Shown in pieces: positions 54,209 to 64,000 of a stretch of DNA of 64,000 nt (positions are counted from its first letter, which is position 1; the number at the start of each line of letters is the position of its first letter). The stretch comes from Magnetococcales bacterium (GTDB lineage Bacteria > Pseudomonadota > Magnetococcia > Magnetococcales > JADFWT01): contig JADFWT010000002.1 of the NCBI GenBank assembly GCA_015233785.1, positions 2,598 to 66,597 of the forward strand. Direction: 5' to 3'. The translations under genes and the position numbers were made by a program. The notes beneath the pieces were generated by a model, which had not been told where the DNA came from, made no database searches, and saw only the letters and a list, made by a program, of their open reading frames with translations.

Positions 54209-56200
54209 TCATGGTTGGTCTGTTTTGTCGCACCAGCGTCGCCATATGTCTCGATACGCCTTCTCTACCACCCTTGCAAAGGCATCATGGTCTCCCAAAA
54301 GGGAGTTGTCGAAGCGTTGTCGTAGTGTCCCTCGCAGTTGGGCGAGTTCTTCAAGTTTCTTTCCCATCTGCTGTCCAACCCTTACAAATTCAGCGTCATT
54401 GGTCACCACCCAGTCATCGGCTCCGACAAGATGGTTGTAGGTTGCCATGTGTCGGGAGGAGAAACGATCTGAAATACGGGTCAAAACCGGAACCCCCATG
54501 CGCAGTGACTCAAGTCCCGAGACACTGGAGCAGACTGGATGGGAGTCTAGCTGAAAGTCGATTTCATTCAACACCTGAAGGTGCCTCCACTGATCTGTTT
54601 TGCCCTCTATGCGGATCCGTTTTGGATCGATACCTGCTTGCTTAAAGTGCTCTAGAAAAGTCCCGCCAAAATAGTCCTCGATAGGGCACGAAATCTTGAG
54701 GATAAAATGACTTTTTGGGATGGCATGCAGCAGGTTTGCCCATAAGGAGATGCTCTGTTCTGAGATTTTGTCGGGACGACTCAGAGCACCTAAGGTGAGA
54801 TGCCCATTTGTGAGGGCAGGTAGTGGGCCAACATCGGGCATGGAGTTAAAGTTCAAAAGGTGGACCCCGGTGGGCAGATAATAGGGGGTTTCGCTCCAGA
54901 GGTGGGCCTTGGCTTTTGGAAGAGAGATAAGATCGGTAAACATGTAATCCATGGCGGTGAGGCCGGTACCGTGTTGCCATCCCCAGGCGGTGATCTGAAC
55001 CGGGGCCGGACGGCGGGCGAACACGGTGAGTCGGTGGTTGACGGCATGACCGGTCAGATCCAACAAAATATCGATGCGGTCCTGGCGAATCAGCGCTTCG
55101 AGTTGCGGCTGATCAAGCTGGGCCACATCGCGCCAGTTATTTCCAGAAGCTGCCATAAACTGCTGGGTAGCAGGATCTGTTTGGGAGCTTTTGGCGGTGC
55201 TGTAGAGAAACAGCTCAAATTGGGTAGGGTCGTGATGCAAAATGGGGGCGGCGAAGGCGTTGGCTGCTGAGTGGTCACAAAAATAACCCGACACATAGCC
55301 GATGCGCAGTCGTCTCTCTGGATCGGGTGTGTTGTCATGATGAGGTTGGGTCATGGCATCAAACTGAGCCCCCCATCGCCGCCGTTCAGACTGTATGTCG
55401 GCATCATCCAGATTGGGGGTATGGTCAAGCGTGATAATCAGGTTGGAGTGGGTATGATGGGCTTTGGAATGGCGGCTTAGGTAGTTTTTATAGACAGCCT
55501 GCGCCTCCTGAAAACGTCCTAATTCATGATAAGCCCTTCCCAATGAAATTGATGTGTTCTCATGGTCAGGTTTCAGTTTGGCCCCGTTCAGATAGAGTGG
55601 AAGGGCCTTGTTTGGGGCACCTTTCTTCATATACATCAGGCCGGTATTCATCAAATAGCCATATTGTTCAGGTGCCAACTGCAATGCCTTTTGATAGCAC
55701 GCTTCAGCCTCGGAAAAATCCTCTTTTGTGACGAGAAGGCTGCCTAAATTGTTGTGATGATCAGCCCGATCAGGTTGCAGTGTTATGAGGCGCCGCATCA
55801 GCGGTTCAGCCTCGTCCAAGATACCTTGTTCCATCAGCAGCAGGGCGTAATGCTCTAGAAAGAGTGGGTTGTTCGGATTGATCTCTACAGAGCACTGATA
55901 GTGTTCTTTGGCCTCATCAAAGCGCTGTTGGGTGTAGAGGAGATTGGCGAGATTGGCATGGACCTGGGCCATCTCGGGGTTGATAGCCAGCGCCTGCTGA
56001 AAGTAGCGCTCTGCCATCTCCAATTGATTGTTCTGAGAGGCAAGGATACCCATCAGATGGAGTGCCTCAATCTGGGTGGGCTCTACGGCAAGGATCTGAC
56101 GATAGATGCTTTCGGCCTGTTGATGCTCGCCGGCTTGATGGTGTTTCAGGCCAATCTGAAGGGCTTCATCCAGCGTTACAGTTTGATTGGGTGATTCCAT
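54209..56200 (-). CDS. TPR-repeat / GT41-like glycosyltransferase, paralog 4
   Basis: LRIGYVSGYFCDHSAA, DILLDLTGHAVNHRL, ARRPAPVQITAWGW, NGHLTLGALSRPDKI, LDSHPVCSSVSGLESLRMGVPV. Confidence 0.85.
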   Translation of the reverse strand: MESPNQTVTLDEALQIGLKHHQAGEHQQAESIYRQILAVEPTQIEALHLMGILASQNNQLEMAERYFQQALAINPEMAQVHANLANLLYTQQRFDEAKEHYQCSVEINPNNPLFLEHYALLLMEQGILDEAEPLMRRLITLQPDRADHHNNLGSLLVTKEDFSEAEACYQKALQLAPEQYGYLMNTGLMYMKKGAPNKALPLYLNGAKLKPDHENTSISLGRAYHELGRFQEAQAVYKNYLSRHSKAHHTHSNLIITLDHTPNLDDADIQSERRRWGAQFDAMTQPHHDNTPDPERRLRIGYVSGYFCDHSAANAFAAPILHHDPTQFELFLYSTAKSSQTDPATQQFMAASGNNWRDVAQLDQPQLEALIRQDRIDILLDLTGHAVNHRLTVFARRPAPVQITAWGWQHGTGLTAMDYMFTDLISLPKAKAHLWSETPYYLPTGVHLLNFNSMPDVGPLPALTNGHLTLGALSRPDKISEQSISLWANLLHAIPKSHFILKISCPIEDYFGGTFLEHFKQAGIDPKRIRIEGKTDQWRHLQVLNEIDFQLDSHPVCSSVSGLESLRMGVPVLTRISDRFSSRHMATYNHLVGADDWVVTNDAEFVRVGQQMGKKLEELAQLRGTLRQRFDNSLLGDHDAFARVVEKAYRDIWRRWCDKTDQP

Positions 56201-56372
56201 GGAAGAGGTGCGGTTCCTACAATCGTTATCTGCGTGGCTTGGAGAGGTTGAATATGTCGCAATTGTTAAGGTGCGACCGACCCTATCAGGTTATGGATAC
56301 GCGGCTCAAGGTGGTGCCAAATAAACCGGGAAACCCGAAGGCTCCCCGGTTTTCTCTTCGACCAGAGTGGTA

Positions 56373-59075
56373 TCAGACGTGTCCTACCATCGGACGTTTG
56401 TGGAGTCCGCTTCCCCGGCGGGGGGGCTTTTTGGCCCCATCCACCCGGAACAGCAGCGGCTCCACCCAGAAGTGGTAGACCAGGAACAGCGTAAAGAAGA
56501 GTGTCCCGCCCAGCCCAAGAATAGCCAGTTCGATTAAATTAAGCGGTACGATGTGGAATACGGTACTCAAGGGGGTATACATCAGCAGTGCTTGCAGCAG
56601 AACCGACAGAATCACCGAGGCCCAAATCCAGCCGTTCTTCAGCAGCGGCACTTGATAGTCCAGTCGGATGATAAACACTAGAATCAACTCATAGAGCACC
56701 ACATAGTTGAATACCAGTGTCTGGGCTTTCATTAGCATCTCCGGCTGATCCGACTGTCCGCCGGTCAGGGCGAAGATGGTCAGGGCGATCAGTGATCCCA
56801 CCACACCGAGTACGCCGATCAGAGCCATCCTTTGCGGGGGTAGGATTCCTTCATCCCGAGGTTTGGGAGAGCGTTCCATGATCTTTTTGCTGTAGGGGTC
56901 CACGCAGTAGGCCAGTGCTGGTGCCCCATCGGTGACCATATTGATCCAGAGCAGCAGGATGGCCGTCAGGGGGAGGTTGAGCCCCAGCATCACCGCCAGG
57001 AAGATGATCAACACCTCGCCAAGATTGCCGGAGAGCAGCAGCATGATTGATTTTTGGATATTATCATAGATGCCGCGTCCCTCTTCGATGGCGTTCACTA
57101 TATGGGCGAAGCTGTCATCCAATAGCACGAAGTCGGATGCCTCTTTGGCCACTTCGGAGCCGCTGCCCACGGCGACGCCAATATCGGCCTTTTTGAGAGC
57201 TGGAGCGTCATTGACCCCATCGCCCGTCATGGCCACGGTGTACTCAAGGCGTTGCAGCGCCTTAACGATGCGTTGTTTGTGCTCCGGGGCAACACGGGAG
57301 AATAGGTTGACATCTCCTTTCAACAGTTGTTCCAGTTCGGCGTCCTCCATCGCCTCCAACTGCGGCCCGGAAACCAGACCGCCCTGAATGCCGATCTCCC
57401 GGCCCACGGCGCGGGCGGTTTCCTGATAATCTCCGGTGATCATGATGACCCGAATTCCAGCCTTGCGGCAGGCGGCCAGGGCGTCGGGAACTTCGGCCCG
57501 AGGTGGGTCGATCATCGCCTGAAGGCCGACGAAGACCAGTTTCTGTTCTTCCAGCGGGGTCTCCGACCCTACATCTCGGAAGGCAAAGCCCAATACCCGC
57601 ATTGCCTGAGCGGCGTAGTGATCATTCTGCTTGATGATCCTGTGGCGAAGTCCTTCGGTAAGCGGTTCTATGGCGCCATCAATCCAGACGCGTTCACACT
57701 TCTCCAGCACCTGATCTGGTGCTCCTTTGACCAGAATACGCCGGGTATCGCCCATGCGCACCATGACGCTCATCCGTTTGCGATCCGAGTCGAAGGGAAG
57801 TTCATCCTCCCGGTTGGCACGGGGTGACAGGCCCGTTTTGTAGGCGCTGGTAATCAAGGCTGCTTCGGTGGGGTCGCCCCGTATGGTCCAGATGTCAGAA
57901 TCCGGATCCTGGAAGAGCTTTGCGTTATTGCAGAGTGCCCCAATCTCAAACAGCAGCGGTATCGTGTGGCCAGAGACCTCTCCTTTGGGCGCGTATCCTT
58001 CACCGCCCAGTTTCACCTCTCCCGTGAGCGTCCAGGCTTGGCGTACGGTCATGGCGTTTTGGGTCAGGGTGCCGGTCTTGTCGGTGCAGATAACATTACA
58101 ACTCCCCAGGGTCTCCACCGAGGCGAGCGTACGAACCAGAGATTGCTTCTTCAGCAGGCGCTTGACGCCGATGGAGAGAGCAATGGTTACCACCGCTGGG
58201 AGTGCCGTAGGAACAGCAGCCACCGCCAGACTGATGGCGATAAAGGCGAAGCCGATAAATGATGCGGCACTGACCTGCCCTGTCATCATCTCTTTACCCA
58301 GGGCCATGAGGAACACCAGCAGGCAGATGGCGATCACTGCGACCCCCAATTTACGACCAAAGCGATCCAGCCGTCTTTGCAGCGGGGTCATCTCTGTTTT
58401 GGCCTCCTGGACCAGTTGGGTGATACGACCAATCTCAGAGTTGAGGCCAGTGGCGGTGACCACGGCTCGGGCGTGGCCCTTGACGATGGAGGTGGTGGCA
58501 AAGAGCATATTGCTCTGATCGCCCAGCGCCGCCTTGGGAGAAATTGGATCGGTCTGCTTCTCTACCGGCAGGCTCTCCCCGGTGAGAGCCGACTCTTCCA
58601 CCATCAGACGCACAGTCTCAATAATGCGGGCATCCGCCGGGGCGCGATCCCCCTCATTAAGATAGATCAGGTCACCGGGAACCAATGCTCGGGAAGGGAG
58701 GGTCGTCAGTTCACCGTCCCGTAGAACCTGCGCCTGAATGTCGGTCATACGCTTGAGAGCTTCGAGCGCGCGATGGGCTGAGAGCTCTTGGAAAAAGCCG
58801 ATCAGGGCGTTGGCCAGCAGAATAGCCAGAATAATGACCGAATCGACATACTCGCCGATCAGTAGTGAAAAGATCACGGCAAAGAGCAGTATGTAGATAA
58901 TAAAGCTCTTGAATTGATCAATGAATATGGCAAAGGGGTTGGGGCCGCTGACGCTTTCCACCACGTTGGGTCCGAACTTCTGACGCCGTTGGGCCGCTTC
59001 GTTGCTGGAGAGTCCGGAACGGGAGACATTGAGGGCGGACAGGGTCTCTTCAGAGGTCATATGGAGGTAGCGCAT
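56373..59075 (-). CDS. P2A (SERCA-like) cation-transporting P-type ATPase
   Basis: TGES, ICTDKTGTLTQN, MITGD, TGDGVNDAPALKKADIGVA. The M4-M6 region aligns by eye to SERCA, but M4 reads VPTALP instead of IPEGLP. Confidence 0.93.
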   Translation of the reverse strand: MRYLHMTSEETLSALNVSRSGLSSNEAAQRRQKFGPNVVESVSGPNPFAIFIDQFKSFIIYILLFAVIFSLLIGEYVDSVIILAILLANALIGFFQELSAHRALEALKRMTDIQAQVLRDGELTTLPSRALVPGDLIYLNEGDRAPADARIIETVRLMVEESALTGESLPVEKQTDPISPKAALGDQSNMLFATTSIVKGHARAVVTATGLNSEIGRITQLVQEAKTEMTPLQRRLDRFGRKLGVAVIAICLLVFLMALGKEMMTGQVSAASFIGFAFIAISLAVAAVPTALPAVVTIALSIGVKRLLKKQSLVRTLASVETLGSCNVICTDKTGTLTQNAMTVRQAWTLTGEVKLGGEGYAPKGEVSGHTIPLLFEIGALCNNAKLFQDPDSDIWTIRGDPTEAALITSAYKTGLSPRANREDELPFDSDRKRMSVMVRMGDTRRILVKGAPDQVLEKCERVWIDGAIEPLTEGLRHRIIKQNDHYAAQAMRVLGFAFRDVGSETPLEEQKLVFVGLQAMIDPPRAEVPDALAACRKAGIRVIMITGDYQETARAVGREIGIQGGLVSGPQLEAMEDAELEQLLKGDVNLFSRVAPEHKQRIVKALQRLEYTVAMTGDGVNDAPALKKADIGVAVGSGSEVAKEASDFVLLDDSFAHIVNAIEEGRGIYDNIQKSIMLLLSGNLGEVLIIFLAVMLGLNLPLTAILLLWINMVTDGAPALAYCVDPYSKKIMERSPKPRDEGILPPQRMALIGVLGVVGSLIALTIFALTGGQSDQPEMLMKAQTLVFNYVVLYELILVFIIRLDYQVPLLKNGWIWASVILSVLLQALLMYTPLSTVFHIVPLNLIELAILGLGGTLFFTLFLVYHFWVEPLLFRVDGAKKPPRRGSGLHKRPMVGHV

Positions 59076-59126
59076 GATCGGTCTCCTTCCCGAACATTGG
59101 TTCGGCGGGCCGCGCCACCCCCCGGC

Positions 59127-59189
59127 CTATTGACGCTGCTGCAAAGGGGGAGAATCATTCGACATCGGCTCACCATTAGATAAGGGCAT
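59127..59189 (-). CDS. Candidate 20-aa leader peptide upstream of the P-type ATPase
   Basis: AAGGAG (59198-59203) lies 8 nt upstream of the ATG at 59189. The peptide is MPLSNGEPMSNDSPPLQQRQ. Its stop is 51 nt upstream of the ATPase ATG, with two short hairpins in between (cgaac-caat-gttcg). Confidence 0.25.
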   Translation of the reverse strand: MPLSNGEPMSNDSPPLQQRQ

Positions 59190-59403
59190 CAACATAGCTC
59201 CTTGCCTGCTTGGACTATGGAGGATCGGTTTGGTTTCCATTCTTGGTAAATATAGTTGAGTGGTTGATTTGTGTTGTTTATTTGTGATTCTACAATGAAA
59301 TTTGAATAATTGTTTGGCCATGCATCGTGCACACTGGAATGTCGTATCATGGTATAGGGCAGGATAGATCGAAGATCCAGTAGGGATTGAAGAGAGGTAT
59401 AAG

Positions 59404-61440
59404 ATGTCGGGTCGTGGTAAGCAGAGATTCTCATGGCATTGGGGTGTGATGGTACTGGCTTTGTCGATCCTGGCGGTCATCGGAAACTGGCTGGCGATCA
59501 CGCTCTTTTTTGGTGTCAGTTTTATCTTTGGCTCCATCAGCGCCTTGATTGCTGCGCAACGATTGGGGCCTCTGGCCGGTGGGGTTGTGGGGGCTATCGG
59601 CGGCGCCTATACGTTTGTGTTATGGGGACACCCCTATGCAGCCATCATCTTTACTCTGGAGGGACTGGTGGTGGGATGGTTGCTGCGCCATCGACTGCCG
59701 CATCTGGCCCTGGCTGATGCACTTTTTTGGCTGGTGATGGGCATTCCGCTGGTTTGGCTATTCTACGAAGGTGTGATGGGTATGCCGGGCTCTGCGTCCG
59801 ATCTGATTCAGCTCAAGCAGGCCGTCAATGGGATCTTTAATGCCATCATGGCGGCATTTGTGCTGTTGGCTTATGCGGCATGGCGAAAAAAAAGTGAAGA
59901 TATCTCCATTCAAAAGTTGCTGTTCAATATGTTGTTGGCTGGGGTGTTCGTGCCCATGTTGGTGTGGGTTTCGGTCACATCCGGTGCCATGCGGGGGGAC
60001 CAGGAACATGCCATGGCGGAGAAGATGACGGTGGTGGGTCAGTTGGTCTCACAGCATACTGCCGACTATTTTCAGTATAGACGGCATGAGGAGCGTACCC
60101 CCAATGCGGATACCATCGCCGAGCTACGTCGTGCCATGCCGGTATTGGGGGGGATGCAGCTCACTTTCCTGGATCGGAAGGGGCAGGTTCTGTATGGCGA
60201 ACGCACCATTGATTTTCAGCGCGGGAAACCGGTAACAGATGAGATGCGGGTCTGGCTTCCGCCACGACGTAGGCAGCCGCTTATGAAGTGGTGGAAATCG
60301 GCCTATTTCTATGTCCAGATGCCACTTTCCAAGCCGGTGGGGGAGATACATGGCTTGGCGCTTCATCATAGCGCAGCCGGGATGATTGCAGCGTTGCATC
60401 AAGCGTATCTGCGGGCATTTTTATGGGTGGCCAGTGTGGCGTTACTGGCAGCGGTTATCGCCTTGCTATTAAGTCGTTGGCTGACTCGACCACTGACCGA
60501 ACTGGCCCATGTAAGTAGGACGCTGCCGGAGAAGATCCAGCATCGTCAAAAGGTGGAGGTTCCCAGAAGTCGATTGGCGGAGGCCGATGCACTTTCTGGG
60601 GCTTTTCAGGCCATGTCGGCTTCGCTAATGGCCAGTTTTGACGCGGTACATGCTGCGCGTGATCAAATGGAGCATCGGGTGGAGGTGAGAACCGAGGCAT
60701 TGAATCTCGCCAAAGAGGAGGCCGAAGCGGCCAATCGGGCAAAAACCGAGTTTCTGGCCAACGTCAGTCATGAGTTGCGCACGCCGCTGACGGCTATTAA
60801 CGGTTCGTTGGGATTGATGAATGGCGGTGCCACGGGCCAATTGCCGGAGAAGGCCGCCAAAATGACGGCCATAGCGCTGAAAAATGGCAATCGCCTGCTG
60901 GATCTGATCAACAGCGTATTGGATTTCTCCAAGATTGAGGCGGGGAAGATGGAGATTGTGCAGGTGGCGTGTGAGGCTGGTGAGATTATTGATCAGGCTA
61001 TGCAGGTCACTCAACCGCTGGCGGATGGTAAAGGGTTGAAGTTGGCGTGTGAGATCAAAGAGTCGCTGATCATCCGAGTAGATGCCAAGCGCATTGAACA
61101 GGTCTTGATCAACCTGATTGGTAATGCGGTGAAATTTACTGAGAGCGGAGGGGTGATCGTGCGTGTGGAAGCCGAACAGGAGGTAGCCCGATTTAGTGTG
61201 GAAGATAGCGGCTGTGGAATCCCTGCGGAGCAGTTGGATACCATTTTCGATGCTTTTATCCAGGTGGACGGATCCACCACGCGTGCCCAAGGGGGGACAG
61301 GACTTGGATTGGCCATATCCAGCCAGTTGGTTCGGCTGCATGGTGGGGATATTTCGGTAGAGAGCCAAGAGGGGAGGGGGTCGAGATTTCTCTTTACGGT
61401 GCCACTGGAAGAGAGGCCCATGGAGAAGGGGCTCAGATAA
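59404..61440 (+). CDS. Sensor histidine kinase with a polytopic N-terminal membrane sensor, HAMP, HisKA and HATPase
   Basis: About 6 TM segments, a HAMP-like LSRWLTRPLTELAHVSRTL, SHELRTPLTAING, and GGTGLGLAIS. Confidence 0.9.
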   Translation: MSGRGKQRFSWHWGVMVLALSILAVIGNWLAITLFFGVSFIFGSISALIAAQRLGPLAGGVVGAIGGAYTFVLWGHPYAAIIFTLEGLVVGWLLRHRLPHLALADALFWLVMGIPLVWLFYEGVMGMPGSASDLIQLKQAVNGIFNAIMAAFVLLAYAAWRKKSEDISIQKLLFNMLLAGVFVPMLVWVSVTSGAMRGDQEHAMAEKMTVVGQLVSQHTADYFQYRRHEERTPNADTIAELRRAMPVLGGMQLTFLDRKGQVLYGERTIDFQRGKPVTDEMRVWLPPRRRQPLMKWWKSAYFYVQMPLSKPVGEIHGLALHHSAAGMIAALHQAYLRAFLWVASVALLAAVIALLLSRWLTRPLTELAHVSRTLPEKIQHRQKVEVPRSRLAEADALSGAFQAMSASLMASFDAVHAARDQMEHRVEVRTEALNLAKEEAEAANRAKTEFLANVSHELRTPLTAINGSLGLMNGGATGQLPEKAAKMTAIALKNGNRLLDLINSVLDFSKIEAGKMEIVQVACEAGEIIDQAMQVTQPLADGKGLKLACEIKESLIIRVDAKRIEQVLINLIGNAVKFTESGGVIVRVEAEQEVARFSVEDSGCGIPAEQLDTIFDAFIQVDGSTTRAQGGTGLGLAISSQLVRLHGGDISVESQEGRGSRFLFTVPLEERPMEKGLR

Positions 61441-61847
61441 TCAGCTCTCCTCGGACAGCGGCAGGCCGTGTTCTAGTAATTTATCAAGCAGAATTTTACG
61501 GGTGATCGGTTTGGTGAGATAGTCGGTGCAGTTGCCCCGGAAATAGGCCTTAATTACCTGTTGGGGGGCATCGACGGCGGTGACCATGATGATTTTGGTC
61601 TCTTTGCCGCTTGGTATGCCACGCACATTCTCCAGTTCACGCATTTTCATCAGAGCAGTCTGGCCATCCATTCCAGGCATCATGATGTCCAGCAGCACGA
61701 CATCATAAGGCGTTCCATCGTCAAGGTCGGCCTCAAAAAACTCCATGGCCTCTTCGCCGTTGCTGGCAAGGTCACAGTCGCCAAACTTTTTGAGGATATC
61801 TCTCAGAAGCTTACGATTTTCAAATTGATCATCGACGATAAGAATCT

Positions 61848-61851
<4 letters not shown>
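61441..61851 (-). CDS. CheY-like single-domain response regulator
   Basis: KILIVDDQFENRKLL...DVVLLDIMMPGMDG...YLTKP. Its start overlaps the upstream kinase stop by 4 nt. Confidence 0.92.
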
Positions 61852-63998
<2,147 letters not shown>

Positions 63999-64000
63999 TG

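Overview
This is a gene-dense 64-kb chromosomal window with coding on both strands. GC looks mid-50s % by eye, with a few strongly AT-rich intergenic islets. I recognise no rRNA, tRNA, CRISPR array, transposase or integrase. The taxon cannot be proven from the sequence. Ros/MucR regulators, a bacteriohemerythrin, a NIT-domain chemoreceptor and many TPR-GT41 proteins suggest an aquatic alphaproteobacterium-like lineage; Magnetococcus-like is only my guess.

Layout:
(i) 0-18.8 kb holds a partial TolC-like gene, a TPR-GT41 glycosyltransferase, a PAS-GAF-GGDEF cyclase and an AT-rich islet with an atypical FixJ-type regulator. It also holds an XRE-type HTH protein, a zinc-finger-less MucR paralog, a ~1000-aa SPOR protein, a hemerythrin and a full-length MucR. 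A second TPR-GT41 is translationally coupled to a TPR-only protein. A MerR regulator is preceded by a stand-alone copy of its own C-terminal domain.
(ii) 18.9-40.1 kb is a large Wzy/Wzc-type exopolysaccharide supercluster in two divergent operons. It encodes a WecA-like initiating transferase, a short OPX protein plus a separate beta-barrel, and a Wzc BY-kinase with a Gly-Tyr repeat tail. It also encodes a PHP-type phosphatase, a Wzy_C-like protein, a radical SAM/SPASM-like enzyme, a CgeB-like GT and UDP-xylose synthase. The plus-strand operon adds a flippase-like UPF0104 protein, GT2, a NodU-type carbamoyltransferase, GT4 and a B12-radical SAM enzyme. A secreted Ala-rich protein built from ~22 copies of a 15-residue repeat lies in the cluster.
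(iii) 40.1-64 kb holds a cNMP-binding protein, two more TPR-GT41 paralogs, histidine kinases and response regulators, rubrerythrin, a NIT-MCP and an orphan RHH protein. Two Na/Pi-PhoU transporter paralogs flank a Lys/Ala-rich histone-H1-like protein. A SERCA-like P-type ATPase follows, with an altered M4 ion-site motif and a candidate leader peptide.

I see no canonical defence system. The candidates I rate highest:
- the repeat protein and the unusual tailoring set of the EPS cluster
- the truncated MucR as a possible anti-silencer
- the MerR plus free effector-domain pair
- the phosphate-transporter/Lys-Ala-rich protein locus
- the four-fold TPR-GT41 paralog family

All functional calls rest on motif recognition by eye. 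No database search was run.
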